Part shown: one piece after another, positions 47,564-57,647 of the stretch
Numbering within the stretch: the first letter of the stretch is position 1
How the letters are laid out: the number at the start of each line of letters is the position of its first letter
From: an uncultured Gammaproteobacteria bacterium
GTDB taxonomy: Bacteria > Patescibacteriota > Microgenomatia > Levybacterales > GWA1-39-11
Direction: 5' to 3'
Assembly: GCA_964450885.1 (NCBI GenBank)
Contig: CAYVFE010000001.1
Coordinates: 374,572-438,571, forward strand
DNA: 64,000 bases
Made by a program: the position numbers and the translations under genes
The notes under the pieces: model-generated
Database searches by the model: none
What the model was told of the DNA's origin: nothing
Seen by the model: only the letters and a program-made list of their open reading frames with translations

Positions 47564-49087
47564 ATGAAGTATAAAGAAAAAAGCATTATCGGTAAGCTTT
47601 ATTATAGGTTAAGCCTTACAGCGAACGAATTTTTGCTGCTACTACTGATCGCGCTTTTTTCTTTTTTTCTTAGATTTGTAAATTATTCAAATAGATGGGG
47701 GCTTGCCTATGATCAGGCAAGAGACGGGATCGTTTCTCATCAAATTTTAGTTAACATGGAGATTCCCATCTCCGGTCCGTTTTCAGCATCAGGGCCTTTC
47801 GTATTTGGACCTTTTTGGTACTGGTTTCATGCTTTAGTTACCGCCCTCAATCCTCATAGCGTAATGTGGCTTTGGTTCGTACAGACATCTATATCGGCCT
47901 TGATGCCGATAGTAATGTTTTTTATAGGACGCAAAATAATAGATAGTAGATTCGGATTCATCGTAGCTTTTTTTACTGCGATCTCCACAGCCCAAATCGC
48001 ACAGTCGACAAATCTAACATATTCTACGTTTGTAGGTTTTATTAGCGTTTTTATACTCCTTTTTCTTGGCCTTTTTATAAAGACAAAAAAGACCATTTAT
48101 ATATTTCTAATGTCGTTACTTATGGGGCTTGCGGTAAATGTGCATTTTCAGGCTGTCGGATATTTCCTTTTTCTCCCTATTATATTGGCGTTAAATATAA
48201 AATCCATAAAAAACATTGCTTTTATTAGCTTAGGTTTTTCTATACCGTTTATTCCGCTTTTGTTGTTCGACTTTGCAAGTAATCATTATCAAAGCAACAA
48301 TATTATTGAGTATTTATTTAACGGTGGTAATACCAACTCATTGCCAAAAAGATGGCTTACATATATTGGAGTTTTTTGGCCAACCTCTTATGCCCACATC
48401 ATAGGAGGCTACATGCCATTCGGAGCGCTTACAGCAATAATATCTATATCTGTATTGCTATTTTTTATTTGGAAGAAAAGAATTGAAAAAACTATTTTCA
48501 TAATATTAGTTTTTCTCTCGCTAAATTTTATAGTACTGCGTTATTTTAAAGGGCATATTTATGATGCATTTCTCGTTTTTTTGCACCCCGCAATTCTTCT
48601 AATAACAGCTTGGGTAGTATATAAGCTGATAAAATTCAATAAATATCTAGGAATAGTATTTTTTCTAGTGATCGCTATCGCTACATTGACGAAAAACTAT
48701 GAAGAGATTGTTAATGCCACAAATCACACAGCGACTTATTCTATGAAGATGATGCAGATGCTAGAAGAGAAATACCCCGATAAAAAATTTGCAGTTTATG
48801 ATTTTCAATTCAAGAATTCGAGCAAGAGCAACTCTCTTGTGTTGTATCTTTTAAAAAATGATCTAATTTCTGATAATGGTCAAAAGATAGGTTTTTTGCA
48901 AGCAACCATAAGTGCCGAACTCGATATGCATAATGCCACTGTTATACATGGGGCCATTAGAGAGAACCCTATTTTAGTAGACTTGGGTAATTATGATAGG
49001 AAACAGCTCGAAAGCAGGGATTGGGAATTTGTAAATCCAAGTGCAGTTTATGAATCAGTCATACATTGGTATGAAAAAGAGAACTGA
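47564..49087 (+). CDS. GT-C glycosyltransferase (GT39/ArnT-like)
   Basis: LRF...YDQARD, GP...FGPFWY; multi-TM. Confidence 0.75.
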   Translation: MKYKEKSIIGKLYYRLSLTANEFLLLLLIALFSFFLRFVNYSNRWGLAYDQARDGIVSHQILVNMEIPISGPFSASGPFVFGPFWYWFHALVTALNPHSVMWLWFVQTSISALMPIVMFFIGRKIIDSRFGFIVAFFTAISTAQIAQSTNLTYSTFVGFISVFILLFLGLFIKTKKTIYIFLMSLLMGLAVNVHFQAVGYFLFLPIILALNIKSIKNIAFISLGFSIPFIPLLLFDFASNHYQSNNIIEYLFNGGNTNSLPKRWLTYIGVFWPTSYAHIIGGYMPFGALTAIISISVLLFFIWKKRIEKTIFIILVFLSLNFIVLRYFKGHIYDAFLVFLHPAILLITAWVVYKLIKFNKYLGIVFFLVIAIATLTKNYEEIVNATNHTATYSMKMMQMLEEKYPDKKFAVYDFQFKNSSKSNSLVLYLLKNDLISDNGQKIGFLQATISAELDMHNATVIHGAIRENPILVDLGNYDRKQLESRDWEFVNPSAVYESVIHWYEKEN

Positions 49088-49188
49088 TAAGCGAAAAAAA
49101 ATGCAGTTATTTTCTGGTCTTTATATAATTATGATTATTGTTTCAACATTTTGTAGTATTGAGACAGGTATTTATTTATAATTGAAGA

Positions 49189-50832
49189 ATGAAAAAATTA
49201 CTAAATCCGAAGATATTGATAGTCGCTATAGTTTTCGTTGCAGCTTTTTTGCGACTGTACCAAATTCAAAGTATTCCGCCTTCTCTTACCTGGGATGAGG
49301 TTGCTTGGGGATATAATTCGTATTCTCTGGGATTGGATGGCAGGGATGAATTTGGGGTATTTCTTCCTTATAAATACTTAGAGTCTTTCGGAGATTTTAA
49401 GCCACCCCTTTATGCATACGTGGGAATTATTCCTGTAAAGATCTGGGGCCTTACGGAATTTGCAACGCGTTTTCCTTCGGCGTTTTTTGGAATACTTACA
49501 GTCCTTACTACATATTTTTTGGTAAAAGAAATATTTTTTAGATCAAAAAGTAAGGAATATTATGCTCTTTTTTCTGCATTTCTTCTGGCGATTTCTCCAT
49601 GGCATATAAATTTATCTCGTGCGGCTTTCGAAGCTAATGTATCACAGTTTTTTATTGTCATGGGAATTTATTTATTTTTACTGGCAGTCAGGAAAAACAT
49701 GCTGATTCTTGTGCTCTCTGCGATTTCATTCGTGCTTTCTTTTTATACTTTCAACACCGCAAGAGTATTTGTTCCTATAATAGTTTTGGTCCTCGCATTG
49801 GTGTTCATAAAAAAGCTCTGGCAACACAAAAAACAGACAATTATCGCGGGTATGGTGGGATTTGTTTTATTACTCCCTATAATTACTTTCATGTTTTCGC
49901 CTCAAGCGAGCCTAAGATTTAGAGAAGTGAATATCTTTTCGGACCCACAGATTGTTGAGGTTGCAAACCAAGAGATAGAAAACGATAATAACTCACTTGT
50001 CAGTAAAGGACTTCATAATAGACGGTTAAAATATGCAGTCTCATTTATTTCTCATTATTTTGATCATTTCAACTCCTCGTTCTTATTCATAAAGGGTGAT
50101 GGAAATCCTAAATTCTCCAGTCAGGATGTGGGGCAATTATATATCTGGAGTATACCTTTTCTTACTATCGGTGCCCTTTTATTGTTCAGAAAAAAAGAGG
50201 ATAGGTGGTGGCTTATCCCTACGTGGTTACTTTTGGGGATTATTCCAGCTGCTACTGCAAGAGAGACTCCGCATGCATTAAGAATCGAGACTGTGGTCCC
50301 GACATTTCAAATTATTGTGGCGTATGGATTTGTAAACTCCATGATTTTTTTGAGAAGTAGAATTGGCAAGCGCTGGATATATAGGAGCGTGCTTTATGGT
50401 GCGATTTTGATACTAGTAGGGAATTTTGCATACTACATATATGGTTATTATGTCCATTATGCCCGTGAGTATTCGAAGCAATGGCAATATGCGTACAGAG
50501 AAGCATTTGAATATACTGAGGACAATAAAGATAAGTATGATGAAATTTACTTTACTGATAAGCTTGGTAGGCCATACATATATTATCTGTTCTATGCAAA
50601 AATTTCTCCAGAAGAATTCAGAAAAGATCATGATGCCACCCGGGATCAATTTGGATTTGTAAATGTGGATAGGGTTGGAAAATATAACTTTAGGGATTAT
50701 CTCGAGGTAGATATTGTAGATAAAAATATTTTATATGTTAATGACTCATTAAATGTTCCGGAGGATGCAGCAATCCTAAAGACAGTTAACGAAATAAATG
50801 GGGATGCATCACTGGTTATATATACGAAGTAA
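49189..50832 (+). CDS. GT-C glycosyltransferase (GT39/ArnT-like)
   Basis: PSLTWDEVAWGYNSY, DFKPPLY, RFPSA, SPWHI..SR.AFE and PHALR. Confidence 0.85.
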   Translation: MKKLLNPKILIVAIVFVAAFLRLYQIQSIPPSLTWDEVAWGYNSYSLGLDGRDEFGVFLPYKYLESFGDFKPPLYAYVGIIPVKIWGLTEFATRFPSAFFGILTVLTTYFLVKEIFFRSKSKEYYALFSAFLLAISPWHINLSRAAFEANVSQFFIVMGIYLFLLAVRKNMLILVLSAISFVLSFYTFNTARVFVPIIVLVLALVFIKKLWQHKKQTIIAGMVGFVLLLPIITFMFSPQASLRFREVNIFSDPQIVEVANQEIENDNNSLVSKGLHNRRLKYAVSFISHYFDHFNSSFLFIKGDGNPKFSSQDVGQLYIWSIPFLTIGALLLFRKKEDRWWLIPTWLLLGIIPAATARETPHALRIETVVPTFQIIVAYGFVNSMIFLRSRIGKRWIYRSVLYGAILILVGNFAYYIYGYYVHYAREYSKQWQYAYREAFEYTEDNKDKYDEIYFTDKLGRPYIYYLFYAKISPEEFRKDHDATRDQFGFVNVDRVGKYNFRDYLEVDIVDKNILYVNDSLNVPEDAAILKTVNEINGDASLVIYTK

Positions 50833-50833
50833 A

Positions 50834-52495
50834 ATGAAAAAAATTATTATTAAACGGAAGATATTAATACTTTTTTCTTTAATATTATTCATTGGATCTA
50901 TTTTGAGGCTTTATCAGTTGGGCTCCGTACCCTTGTCACTTACTTGGGATGAAGTTGCGCTGGGCTACAATGCATATTCTATATTTGAGACTGGGAAAGA
51001 TGAATTCGGAGCAACGCTGCCTGTAGTTATGAGATCATATGATGACTACAAGCCCGCATTTTATACATATTTGATAATTCCTTCCTATAAAGTATTTGGA
51101 CTTAATGAGTTTAGTGTAAGATTGCCATCTGCTCTGATGGGAATTGCTACATTGGTCAGTGTTTATTTTTTACTAAAAAAACTCTTTAAAAGAGAAGACA
51201 TTGCGCTTCTTACGATGTTTATATTGGCGATTTCTCCCTGGCATATTCAGATGAGTAGGGTCGCCTTCGAATCCAACGTGGGACTTGCTTTGAATGTTTT
51301 TGCAGCAACATTTTTGCTTTATGGTCTTAAAAGATATTGGATGATAGTTCTTGCAGCTTTATTTGCAGGTCTGAGTGTGCATACATACCAAAGTGATAGG
51401 GTATTTACACCCCTTTTTATATTAGGAATGGGAATTATATTCTTCAAGCCTCTTATGAAGGTTCCTAAAAAATATCTAGTAAGCGCAGTTGTTTTAGGGT
51501 TGTTGGTAGTTTTTCCACTGATAATTTATATATTAAACGATAGTAATGCGCTATTGAGAGCTAAAGGTACAAGTGTATTTAGTAACAACTTTACGCTCCT
51601 TAAAGAAAATGCTAGAAGAAATGAAGTTAATATCGCCGAAGGTAATGACTTAGGAAGAATCATAGATAATAGAAGGGTCATTTATGCAAAGGCCACTTTA
51701 GATGGATACCTATCACACTTTAATCCTAATTGGCTTCTAAAAGGAGACATAGCGCGACATCATGCTCCTGAAATGGGGCTTATCTATATCTGGGAGTTCC
51801 CCTTTATTTTGATCGGTATATATGTTTTGCTTTTCTCAAAATTCGAGAGAAGAACAAAGTATTTTATTTTTTTCTGGTTTCTGCTTGCTCCAATTCCAGC
51901 GTCGATCACAACAGGAGTTCCTCATGCTCTAAGAACTCTAAACTTCCTGCCTACATGGCAGTTATTTACTGCGCTTGGCCTCATAAGTGCATTTAGCGTG
52001 ATGTCTAGTATTAAATATCGATTAGTCGGTATAAAAATCAAATATATATTGTTTGTATTATTCATAATTTTTGCCGTTTTTAATTTTGTGTATTATCTCA
52101 ATCAATACTTTGTGCAGCAGAATTACTTTCATGCAAAAGAATGGCTTTTTGGTCACAAAGAAATAATGCAAGAAGTGGTAAAAAGACAAGATCAATATGC
52201 AAATGTTGTTATTACGAATAAAGAGCCCTTTGACAGATCGAATATGTACTATCTCTTTTATAGTATGTACTCACCCAGTGATTACCAAAACAGTAATCCT
52301 TCCTCTGGAGGATTTGCAGTACTTCCAAAATTTGATAAATTTACATTCCGACCAATTAATTGGGTGGAGGATAGTCAAATGGAGAACACTTTATTTGTAG
52401 GGTTGCCAGGCGAAATACCAGAATCCGCATCTATTTATACAGTGTATTATCCCGACGGGACTCCTGCTGCTATCATGTCCGGAAAAAGAAAATAA
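50834..52495 (+). CDS. GT-C glycosyltransferase (GT39/ArnT-like), tandem paralog of the preceding gene
   Basis: SLTWDEVALGYNAY, DYKPAFY, RLPSA, SPWHI..SR.AFE and PHALR. Confidence 0.85.
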   Translation: MKKIIIKRKILILFSLILFIGSILRLYQLGSVPLSLTWDEVALGYNAYSIFETGKDEFGATLPVVMRSYDDYKPAFYTYLIIPSYKVFGLNEFSVRLPSALMGIATLVSVYFLLKKLFKREDIALLTMFILAISPWHIQMSRVAFESNVGLALNVFAATFLLYGLKRYWMIVLAALFAGLSVHTYQSDRVFTPLFILGMGIIFFKPLMKVPKKYLVSAVVLGLLVVFPLIIYILNDSNALLRAKGTSVFSNNFTLLKENARRNEVNIAEGNDLGRIIDNRRVIYAKATLDGYLSHFNPNWLLKGDIARHHAPEMGLIYIWEFPFILIGIYVLLFSKFERRTKYFIFFWFLLAPIPASITTGVPHALRTLNFLPTWQLFTALGLISAFSVMSSIKYRLVGIKIKYILFVLFIIFAVFNFVYYLNQYFVQQNYFHAKEWLFGHKEIMQEVVKRQDQYANVVITNKEPFDRSNMYYLFYSMYSPSDYQNSNPSSGGFAVLPKFDKFTFRPINWVEDSQMENTLFVGLPGEIPESASIYTVYYPDGTPAAIMSGKRK

Positions 52496-52500
52496 TTAAT

Positions 52501-53271
52501 ATGAATAAAATATCAGTCGTTCTCGCAACTTACAACGAAGAAGAAAACATAGAAGGATGCTTGCTGTCAGTAAAAAATCTAGCTGATGAAGTTGTAATAG
52601 TTGATGGAACATCACAGGACAAGACAGTAGATATCGCTAAATCTTTGGGAGCGAGGGTTATTTCGACAACCAACAAGAAAAACTTTCATATAAACAAACA
52701 AAAGGCCATAGATGCCGCAAAATATGAGTGGATATTGCAGCTCGATGCTGATGAAGTCGTAGATCTGGAGCTCGAGAATGAAATAAAAAAAATTATAGGA
52801 AAAAATCCTGAAGAAAACGGCTTTTGGATCCCCAGAAAGAATTATTTTTTGGGAAGATTTTTGATGAAAGGTGGACAGTATCCAGACTATACAATCCGGC
52901 TATACAGAAATGGAAAAGGTAGATTGCCTCAGAAAGACGTCCATGAACAGGCAGAGGTTGACGGAAAGATCGGATACCTGGAAAAGGCATTGCTACATTA
53001 TCCATACAAGGATTTCTCATTCTATCTAAATAAGTGGAAAAGGTATAATTCTTTTTTTGCAGATCAGATAAAAGATGAGATGAAAGATAAAGACATTATT
53101 TATAGGATTATTGCGGGATTTGGCTATCTTATCCTAAGGCCTGCTCACTGGCTTTTGACTACTTATATAAGACACAAAGGATTTTACGATTCATGGCAGG
53201 GTTTTGTATTCTCGCTAATGTCAGCTCTTAGATTTCCGGCATCATATATAATCTATCTTAAGAAAAAATGA
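52501..53271 (+). CDS. GT2 glycosyltransferase (WaaE/LgtF-like)
   Basis: TYNEE, WILQLDADE, YPDYTIRL and VHE. Confidence 0.9.
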   Translation: MNKISVVLATYNEEENIEGCLLSVKNLADEVVIVDGTSQDKTVDIAKSLGARVISTTNKKNFHINKQKAIDAAKYEWILQLDADEVVDLELENEIKKIIGKNPEENGFWIPRKNYFLGRFLMKGGQYPDYTIRLYRNGKGRLPQKDVHEQAEVDGKIGYLEKALLHYPYKDFSFYLNKWKRYNSFFADQIKDEMKDKDIIYRIIAGFGYLILRPAHWLLTTYIRHKGFYDSWQGFVFSLMSALRFPASYIIYLKKK

Positions 53272-54239
53272 GAAATATTTTAGTTACAGGAGGCGCAGGT
53301 TATATCGGAAGCTTTATGGTCAAGGCTCTTTTGGATAGGGGGGACAAGGTTGTCGTTTTTGATAATCTAAAAAGAGGGCACATAGAGGCTATAGATAAAA
53401 GGGCACAATTCGTGCAGGGTGACATTTTGAACAAGAGTGATCTGGAAAGTCTTTTGAATAGCTACTCCTTCGATGCCATTTTACATTTTGCAGGACTCAT
53501 TTCAGTAGAGGAATCGTCCAGAAATCCTGAGCTTTATAGGGAGAATAATATAGTAGGGTCAGCTAACCTTTTTGATGCGGTCGTTTCTTCTGGCACTAAG
53601 AACCTAATTTTCTCCTCTACAGCCGCTGTGTATGGGAATCCACAGAAGGTTCCGATACCAGAGGATCACTCAAAAAATCCCGCAAGCCCATATGGTGAAA
53701 CCAAACTTGCGACTGAGGAAAAGCTTAAATCACTTAGGGGGACAGATGAATCTATCAATTATGCGATACTACGATATTTTAACGCATGCGGAGCAGCTTT
53801 AGATGGCTCGCTTGGAGAAAATCATGATCCTGAGACTCACATCATACCTCTTGCGATAAGAGCTGCAAAGGACAATGGAGAATTTAAGCTTTATGGTACT
53901 GATTACGATACTAAAGACGGGACCTGTATTAGGGATTATATTCATGTGCTAGATTTGGTTGAAGCGCATATTCTAGCGTTGGAGAAGATAATCAATGATG
54001 GAGGTGGGCATTATTATAATGTAGGAACAGGGAAAGGATTTACGAACAGAGAAATAGTCGAAATGGTAAGAAAAGTCAGCAATAAGGACTTTCAAATCGT
54101 GGAGGTAGAAAGAAGAGCGGGGGATTCCAGCGAGTTAGTAGCAGATGTCACTAAGATAAAGAAAGAATTAGGATTTAATCCAAAATTCTCTGATTTAAAA
54201 ACCATCATTGAGTCCGCATGGAAATGGCACAATAAATAA
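53268..54239 (+). CDS. galE: UDP-glucose 4-epimerase
   Basis: GGAGYIGS, HFAG, SSTAAVYG, YGETK, LRYFN and DGTCIRDYIHV. Confidence 0.95.
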   Translation: MRNILVTGGAGYIGSFMVKALLDRGDKVVVFDNLKRGHIEAIDKRAQFVQGDILNKSDLESLLNSYSFDAILHFAGLISVEESSRNPELYRENNIVGSANLFDAVVSSGTKNLIFSSTAAVYGNPQKVPIPEDHSKNPASPYGETKLATEEKLKSLRGTDESINYAILRYFNACGAALDGSLGENHDPETHIIPLAIRAAKDNGEFKLYGTDYDTKDGTCIRDYIHVLDLVEAHILALEKIINDGGGHYYNVGTGKGFTNREIVEMVRKVSNKDFQIVEVERRAGDSSELVADVTKIKKELGFNPKFSDLKTIIESAWKWHNK

Positions 54240-54241
54240 AT

Positions 54242-55306
54242 ATGAAAAAGTGGACTGGCTTTATCGGAATAGGCAGTCTTTTTTTGGGATTGGGGTTTTT
54301 ATCAGTGCTATTTATCCTTCTCGTATATTCGTCTAGATATTCTGGATTTACAGAAAATTATTTGTTAATTGATCCAAGATATATACTTCTTGTCTATATT
54401 GCCATTAATCTATTTTTAAGAATAAAAAGCCCAGTCCGTTTTCCTAGGGTGTTATATAAAATTAATTTGTTTTTTATCCTTCCATTAAGCATTATTACCG
54501 TTGCATCGTTGACATTGCTAGAATTAGTCAATTATCCTAATTTTGTTTATAGCTTGCTGTTGACTCACTATGACAAATTATCCTATGTCCTTTTCGCATC
54601 CGGGATAGTTGCTTTCATTAATGCTCCAGATAAATGGTTAAAGTCGAACTTAAAGAAAATAATTTTTCTTAGTGCTCCAGTGCTCTTCTTGATCTTTTTT
54701 TTAATACAAACGTGGCCAATGAGCGCATTCGAAATAATGGTACGTGAAGATGGGTTTGTAGAATATTTACAATTCTTCTCTCTAATTATTTCTGGGATTT
54801 TATCATTACTGGTATTTAAATTTTTATACAAAAAAAAAGAATATTTTCTTTCTTTATTATTTTTTTTAATAACATGTACGTTTTTCTTTATTGCTGGTGA
54901 TGAAATATCATGGGGGCAGAGGATAATGGGGATTAATTCCCCTGATTATTTTTTGCAGTCGAATGTGCAGAGGGAGATCACTATTCACAACCTTGCGCCA
55001 TTTTCGGGCAAACTCGTTACAATAATATACATTGTTGTTGGACTATATGGTTCTTTATGTTGGACGTTAACCGATAAGGTTAAAAGGATATTTTCGAAAA
55101 AAGCAAGTTTATTTATTCCACCATGGTACACCTCCACCTTTTTTTTCTTTGGATTTATCTATAATTTCTATACAATATTAGGAGACCATAATATTGGTAA
55201 TTGGTCAGAGCCTGCAGAGCTATCGCTCTATTTTGGAGCAATGCTTTTCGTTATGAGTATATATCTTAGATTGCATGGACATATGTTGAATAAATTTAAT
55301 CTATGA
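54242..55306 (+). CDS. Hypothetical multi-pass membrane protein
   Basis: C-terminal half carries EDG..E..Q, GDEISWGQR, N.Q.E...HN and EPAE polar motifs. Confidence 0.75.
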   Translation: MKKWTGFIGIGSLFLGLGFLSVLFILLVYSSRYSGFTENYLLIDPRYILLVYIAINLFLRIKSPVRFPRVLYKINLFFILPLSIITVASLTLLELVNYPNFVYSLLLTHYDKLSYVLFASGIVAFINAPDKWLKSNLKKIIFLSAPVLFLIFFLIQTWPMSAFEIMVREDGFVEYLQFFSLIISGILSLLVFKFLYKKKEYFLSLLFFLITCTFFFIAGDEISWGQRIMGINSPDYFLQSNVQREITIHNLAPFSGKLVTIIYIVVGLYGSLCWTLTDKVKRIFSKKASLFIPPWYTSTFFFFGFIYNFYTILGDHNIGNWSEPAELSLYFGAMLFVMSIYLRLHGHMLNKFNL

Positions 55307-56343
55307 AGATCGGAATTGATATTTCTCCCTTGTCTTCAGGACACAAAGTAAGAGGCGTTGGGGCCTACGTATCTTTATTGAAAAATAACATCGAGAAGTT
55401 TGATGGTGAAAATAAGTACGTTTTTTTTGAAGGTAAACCGCCTTCAGGATTAGATTTGGTGCACTATCCGTATTTTGATCCTTTTTTTCCAGTTCTTCCG
55501 TTTTCGAAAAAGACAAAAACCATAGTTACTGTACACGATTTAACACCAATAAAGTTTCGGGAGCATTTCCCCAGCGGGGTAAAAGGGAATTTAAGATGGC
55601 AGTACAATAGATTTCTTCTAAAAAAATCAGACGGGATAATTGTGGATTCCAATGCATCAAAAAAGGATGTAGTCAAAATAATCGGCTTTAATGAAGATAG
55701 AGTTAAATCTGTATATTTAGGGTCTGATCCGATCTATAAAAAAATAAGATTGAGTGATGGTGTTAGAGACGAAGTCAAAAAAAGGTATTCTATCGGGGAT
55801 AATTTTATGATTTATGTTGGGGATGTTACCTGGAACAAAAATTTACCTAGAATTGTTTCTGCTGTAAAAAAAGTCGGAATTGAGTTTTTACTGATCGGGA
55901 AATCTATAGCTGATGACAATTTCGATGCGTCAAATCCATGGAGTAAAGATAGAGTAGAACTACGGAGAATGATAAAGGGTGATGAGAAAATTAAAGTCTT
56001 GGGCTTTGTTCCAGATGAAGATCTGTCAAAAATCTATAATATGGCGCAAGGGCTTTTGATGCCATCTTTGTATGAAGGATTTGGATTACCCGTACTTGAA
56101 GCGATGAGCTGCGGGTGTCCTGTTATAACAAGCCGGGAGGGGAGTCTACCAGAAGTTGGTGGTGATGCGGTGCTTTATGCCGATGCTTTGTCTGTAGAGT
56201 CCATCGAAGAAAAAATAAAGGAGCTGATGACGAATAAGAAGCTTAGAGACGAATTATCGGAAAAAGGGCTATTGCAGGCAAAAAAATTTAGTATCGAAAA
56301 GATGATCAAAGACACTTTAGACGTTTATAAAACATTTGGATGA
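55303..56343 (+). CDS. GT4 glycosyltransferase
   Basis: RGVG.Y, TVHDL, KNL and PSLYEGFGLPVLEAM. Confidence 0.93.
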   Translation: MKIGIDISPLSSGHKVRGVGAYVSLLKNNIEKFDGENKYVFFEGKPPSGLDLVHYPYFDPFFPVLPFSKKTKTIVTVHDLTPIKFREHFPSGVKGNLRWQYNRFLLKKSDGIIVDSNASKKDVVKIIGFNEDRVKSVYLGSDPIYKKIRLSDGVRDEVKKRYSIGDNFMIYVGDVTWNKNLPRIVSAVKKVGIEFLLIGKSIADDNFDASNPWSKDRVELRRMIKGDEKIKVLGFVPDEDLSKIYNMAQGLLMPSLYEGFGLPVLEAMSCGCPVITSREGSLPEVGGDAVLYADALSVESIEEKIKELMTNKKLRDELSEKGLLQAKKFSIEKMIKDTLDVYKTFG

Positions 56344-57599
56344 GAGAAAAGGCAAAATCTATAATAAAACATCCGCTAATTTCAGGAAGTATTCTTGTGT
56401 CCGGTGGGTCACTTTTTGCTAATTTTTTGAGCTTTTTGTTCAACATATTTATAAGTAGGAATCTATCCGTAAATGATTATGGGACAGTTGCTAGTCTTAT
56501 TGCGATAATCAACCTGTTTGGAATTTCGGCTGGAGCAATAAATCCTACCATTATAAGTTTTACAGGGCCCAGTTTTCTTGAAAAGAAATATTCATATATC
56601 CGAGGCGTCTATCTAAGGATTGCTAAGCCATTTCTCGCTATTGGTGCTATTATTTTATTGGTCTTTCTAGTGTTCAACGAACAGATTGCCCTTTTTTTGA
56701 ACATATCAGAAGGGAAGAGTTTGATAATAGTCGCTGCTTTCATAATTTTTATAAGTTTTGCTAGCGTTTTAAACCTTGCATTGATTCAATCCAAATTATC
56801 ATTCACTCTTTTTTCATTCCTAAATATTTTGGCAGCGGGTTTGAAGCTGATTTTGGGAGCTGTTTTTGTTCTGATGGGTTTTAGTTCATTTGGTGTCATG
56901 ATAGGAATACTGATATCTTACATGCTCCCATACCTGTTTGGATTTAACTATCTGAGGTTTTTGTTTAATGGAGGCGTTTCTGATGTGAAGGTAGACTTTG
57001 GTGATATCGTTAGATATGCTGCCCCTTCAGGAGTAGCGCTTCTCTCGCTTACAGCGATAACCTCGACCGATCTACTTCTTGTAAAACACCTTTTTGATCC
57101 TCAAACAGCTGGAGTATATGCAGGCCTGTCTCTTATCGGAAAAGTGATTTTCTTTTTTACAGCACCTATTGGGATAGTTATGTTTCCCCTTATGGCAAGA
57201 AAGCACGATAATAATGAACACCACGGCAAGATCATGCCAGCATCGCTTTTTCTGGTTGGTATGGCATCGTTCGGGATAACATTATTCTACTTTCTTTTCC
57301 CGGAATTTATCATTAATATGTTCTTAAAGAACACTTTATATCTCTCCGCAACACCATACTTAGGATTATTTGGGATCTTTATTTCTATATATTCGTTGTG
57401 TTCTATAATGATGTACTATTTTCTTTCAATTAAAAAAACCTGGATTTATAAGCCTATACTCTTGGCAGCACTTTTTCAGGGGGTCGCTATATATTTGTTC
57501 CACAGCACTTTTTATGATGTAATTTTTATATCAATTTTTTCTGTAACGTTACTATTTATTTTCTTAATCTCATATTACCGTTTTGGTAAAAGAGATTAA
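56340..57599 (+). CDS. Oligosaccharide flippase (MOP family)
   Basis: Multi-TM with RNLS..DYG, DLLLVKH, AGVYA...GK and VMFP. Confidence 0.85.
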   Translation: MREKAKSIIKHPLISGSILVSGGSLFANFLSFLFNIFISRNLSVNDYGTVASLIAIINLFGISAGAINPTIISFTGPSFLEKKYSYIRGVYLRIAKPFLAIGAIILLVFLVFNEQIALFLNISEGKSLIIVAAFIIFISFASVLNLALIQSKLSFTLFSFLNILAAGLKLILGAVFVLMGFSSFGVMIGILISYMLPYLFGFNYLRFLFNGGVSDVKVDFGDIVRYAAPSGVALLSLTAITSTDLLLVKHLFDPQTAGVYAGLSLIGKVIFFFTAPIGIVMFPLMARKHDNNEHHGKIMPASLFLVGMASFGITLFYFLFPEFIINMFLKNTLYLSATPYLGLFGIFISIYSLCSIMMYYFLSIKKTWIYKPILLAALFQGVAIYLFHSTFYDVIFISIFSVTLLFIFLISYYRFGKRD

Positions 57600-57647
57600 T
57601 ATATGTAAGTTTACTTTTTCCTTTGCTATACTATCCACATACAAAAA

